Positions 61,273-64,000 of a stretch of 64,000 nt of DNA are shown in pieces (position 1 is the first letter of the stretch; every line of letters starts with the position of its first letter). Both the position numbers and the translations under genes were made by a program. The stretch spans positions 256,001 to 320,000 of the forward strand of contig CAWJZV010000034.1 in assembly GCA_963847445.1 (NCBI GenBank). The letters run 5' to 3'. This DNA is from an uncultured delta proteobacterium (GTDB lineage Bacteria > Desulfobacterota > Binatia > UBA9968). The notes beneath the pieces were generated by a model that saw only the letters and a program-made list of their open reading frames with translations, searched no databases and had not been told where the DNA came from.

Positions 61273-62598
61273 ATGAAAGTCGATATCGATGAATTGAGTC
61301 CGATCCAACGCAAGGTTAGCATCGAATTGCCGGCGGATCGGGTCGCTAAAGAGTTTTCCCACGCGTATAGAAACCTTGGCCAGCGTGTGACAGTTAAGGG
61401 CTTTCGTACCGGCAAGATTCCGCGCGGCGTGCTTCAGGGAATTTATGGCGAAGATATCAAAGGCGAAGTACGCTCCCACCTGGTGGAAGAGTGCCTGGCG
61501 GAGGTGGTCAAAGAACGAGACTTGCAAATCGTCTCACGGCCGGAAGTGGAGACTGGTGAGATCAAGGAAGACGGGGAGTTTTCCTTCTCGGCGGTCTTCG
61601 AGATTAAGCCGGCTATCGAATTGAAAGATTATTTGGGTGTCGAAGTAGAAAAGGTCAAGGTCGCCATCAGCGAAGAGCAGGTCGATGAGGCACTCAAACG
61701 CTTGCAAGACGGTCATGCGCGCCTTGAGTTGGTGGAAGGCCGCGATGTCGTTCAGAAGGGCGATTTCGTTACCGTCGATTTCGAAGGCACCCTTGCCGGC
61801 AAGCCATTTGCCGGTGGCAAAGGCGAGAACTACGTGCTCGAAGTCGGCGCCGGTCACACGTTGCCGCAGTTCGAAGAGGCTGTGGTTGGTTTACAATTGG
61901 GCCAGCAGCAATCGGTTGCGGTGACCTATCCGGATAACTACCCAAATGCTGAAATCGCCGGGAAGGCCGTCGACTTTGCCCTAACCGTTCGTGAGATCAA
62001 ACAGAAAGTGCTCCCGGTGCTTGACGATGATTTCGCCAAAGATCACGGCGAGCATGGCTCATTGGCAGAGTTGCGAGCGGCGATTCGTCAGCGGCTTGAG
62101 GATGAACTCAAGCACTATCAGGATGAAGATCTCAAAGAAAAGATGATCAGCCGTTTGATCGAGGCTCACTCGTTCAGTGCGCCGCCGTCGATGGTCGAAC
62201 GGCAGACTCGCTATCTCATGGAGCGTTACCAAAGCCAAATGGCCGGACATCCGGGTGGGGCAGAGGTGCCGGCTCCACCCATGGAAGAGGCGCGCAAGAC
62301 CTTCGAAGGCCGCGCCGCTCGTCAAGTACAGGCAACGTTACTCGTCGAAAAAATCGCCCAGGCGGAAACCATCGAAGTGTCGGACAAAGAGCTGCAAGAG
62401 CGGGTCGATAATCTGGCGCGTGGCGCTGGTGATCGCGCTAAAAGCTTGCGGGAATACTATGCGCGCCCCGACGCACGCGACGATCTGCGGGCGCAAATAG
62501 CGTTTGATCGCACTCTTAGCTTCTTGCTTGAGCGGGCCAAAATAAAAGAGGTCGATGCACCGATATCTACAGTTGATGCTACGCCCGAAAAAAGCTAG
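61273..62598 (+). CDS. tig: Trigger factor
   Basis: GFRTGKIP signature, FKBP domain VDFEG..FAGG; tig-clpP-clpX synteny. Confidence 0.96.
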   Translation: MKVDIDELSPIQRKVSIELPADRVAKEFSHAYRNLGQRVTVKGFRTGKIPRGVLQGIYGEDIKGEVRSHLVEECLAEVVKERDLQIVSRPEVETGEIKEDGEFSFSAVFEIKPAIELKDYLGVEVEKVKVAISEEQVDEALKRLQDGHARLELVEGRDVVQKGDFVTVDFEGTLAGKPFAGGKGENYVLEVGAGHTLPQFEEAVVGLQLGQQQSVAVTYPDNYPNAEIAGKAVDFALTVREIKQKVLPVLDDDFAKDHGEHGSLAELRAAIRQRLEDELKHYQDEDLKEKMISRLIEAHSFSAPPSMVERQTRYLMERYQSQMAGHPGGAEVPAPPMEEARKTFEGRAARQVQATLLVEKIAQAETIEVSDKELQERVDNLARGAGDRAKSLREYYARPDARDDLRAQIAFDRTLSFLLERAKIKEVDAPISTVDATPEKS

Positions 62599-62631
62599 AA
62601 TGCTCTTAATGATTAAGGGGTTTACCCACAT

Positions 62632-63234
62632 ATGAACTTCATTCCCATGGTCGTCGAGCAAACGGGGCGAGGCGAACGGGCATATGATATTTATTCGCGT
62701 CTGCTAAAAGAACGAATCGTCTTTCTTGGCTCGGTGGTCAATGACGAAGTGGCCAACGTCATTACCGCGCAGCTGCTGTTCCTCGAATCCGAAGATCCTG
62801 AGAGAGAAATTTTCTTCTACATCAACAGTCCGGGCGGATCGGTCACTGCGGGCTTGGCGATCTATGACACCATGCAGTATGTGCGACCGCAAATTTCGAC
62901 GCTTTGCGTCGGTCAAGCGGCAAGCATGGGCGCCGTGTTGCTAGCTGCCGGCGCGAAAGGTAAACGCTTCGCGCTGCCACATTCGCGGATCATGATTCAC
63001 CAACCGCTGGGTGGTTTCGAAGGCCAGGCGACCGACATCGAGATTCACGCCCGTGAAATTCTCCGTATGCGCGAGGAATTGAACAACATTCTCATGAAGC
63101 ATACGGGCCAGGGCATGAAGAAAATCGAAAAAGACACGGATCGCGACATGTTCTTGACGGGGAAGCAAGCTCAAGAGTATGGCTTAGTCGACGATGTGAT
63201 CGCGGCGCGTCCTGACAGTGCGCTCAAGAAATAG
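62632..63234 (+). CDS. clpP: ATP-dependent Clp protease proteolytic subunit
   Basis: [31 protein letters not shown]. Confidence 0.98.
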   Translation: MNFIPMVVEQTGRGERAYDIYSRLLKERIVFLGSVVNDEVANVITAQLLFLESEDPEREIFFYINSPGGSVTAGLAIYDTMQYVRPQISTLCVGQAASMGAVLLAAGAKGKRFALPHSRIMIHQPLGGFEGQATDIEIHAREILRMREELNNILMKHTGQGMKKIEKDTDRDMFLTGKQAQEYGLVDDVIAARPDSALKK

Positions 63235-63258
63235 CTCGTAGTTTGGCTTGGGGGGTCT

Positions 63259-64000
63259 ATGCCTAAACATGGTGAGCACGGATCGGGAAATCTCGTCTGT
63301 TCTTTTTGTGGCAAAAGCCAAGACGAGGTTCGCAAGCTGATTGCCGGTCCGACGGTTTACATTTGCGACGAATGCATCGACCTTTGCAACGACATTATCG
63401 CTGAAGAAATCGACCACGACGAGAACCTAAGTTCGTCGTCGAACGTTCCCAAGCCCGCGGAAATCAAGCGGGTGCTCGACCAGTATGTGATCGGACAGGA
63501 GCGCGCCAAGAAGATATTGGCGGTCGCCGTGCATAATCACTACAAGCGCATCGACAGCCAGATGGTGACTGGGGATGTCGAACTGCAAAAGAGCAACATT
63601 CTGCTGCTTGGTCCCACTGGATCGGGCAAAACTCTACTCGCCCAAACTCTTGCCCGCTTTCTGCAGGTCCCCTTTACTATTGCCGACGCCACCAGCCTGA
63701 CTGAGGCGGGTTATGTCGGCGAGGACGTTGAGAATATTATTCTCAATTTATTGCAGGCGGCCGAGTACGATGTTGAAAAAGCCCAGCGCGGCATTGTCTA
63801 TATAGATGAGATCGATAAAATTTCGCGTAAGTCGGACAATCCATCAATCACCCGGGATGTGTCCGGCGAAGGGGTGCAACAAGCGTTGCTAAAGATTATC
63901 GAAGGGACTATGGCGAGCGTGCCGCCGAAGGGCGGACGCAAACATCCCCAGCAAGAATTTTTGCAGGTGGATACCACCAATATTCTGTTTATTTGCGGTG
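63259..64000 (+). CDS. clpX: ATP-dependent Clp protease ATPase subunit (partial, runs off window)
   Basis: [51 protein letters not shown]. Confidence 0.97.
   Translation, partial: MPKHGEHGSGNLVCSFCGKSQDEVRKLIAGPTVYICDECIDLCNDIIAEEIDHDENLSSSSNVPKPAEIKRVLDQYVIGQERAKKILAVAVHNHYKRIDSQMVTGDVELQKSNILLLGPTGSGKTLLAQTLARFLQVPFTIADATSLTEAGYVGEDVENIILNLLQAAEYDVEKAQRGIVYIDEIDKISRKSDNPSITRDVSGEGVQQALLKIIEGTMASVPPKGGRKHPQQEFLQVDTTNILFICG

Overview
GC-rich bacterial chromosome segment. The gene style (paired TctC/Bug and NitT/TauT binding proteins, sigma54-driven nitrogen genes, periodic intergenic repeats) suggests a deltaproteobacterial lineage such as Ca. Binatia, but this is inference only. Many single-base frameshifts also hit housekeeping genes (holB, metG, glnA, rdgB), so most breaks are probably uncorrected long-read indels and not pseudogenes. 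Contents, left to right: (1) minor type IV pilin genes, a response regulator and tmk-holB-metG-tatD; (2) an approximately 20 kb metal/iron island with ZIP, persulfide dioxygenase-like, DPS-like ferritin, a Piu-like TonB receptor operon with exbB-exbD-tonB-hemP, a Com-like zinc-ribbon gene, FTR1-cytochrome c, fbpABC and a DtxR-family repressor; (3) a nitrogen block with glutaminase-STAS-cNMP, glnK-amtB-glnA, a GATase plus ANTAR pseudo-receiver, an ANTAR-controlled operon, truncated nirA and a porin; (4) ArnT-like, two TctC, a subtilase with a stand-alone propeptide paralogue, and a UGA/SECIS selenoprotein; (5) yggS-yggT-yhaM-ALDH-rph-rdgB, five tRNAs, an IS1634 remnant and tig-clpP-clpX. The best candidate for a new system is a non-phage Com-like zinc-ribbon protein paired with a duplicated, covarying 5' leader RNA element (GA[AG]NCC repeats overlapping a terminator-like hairpin) found ahead of both the iron-uptake operon and the DPS-like gene.
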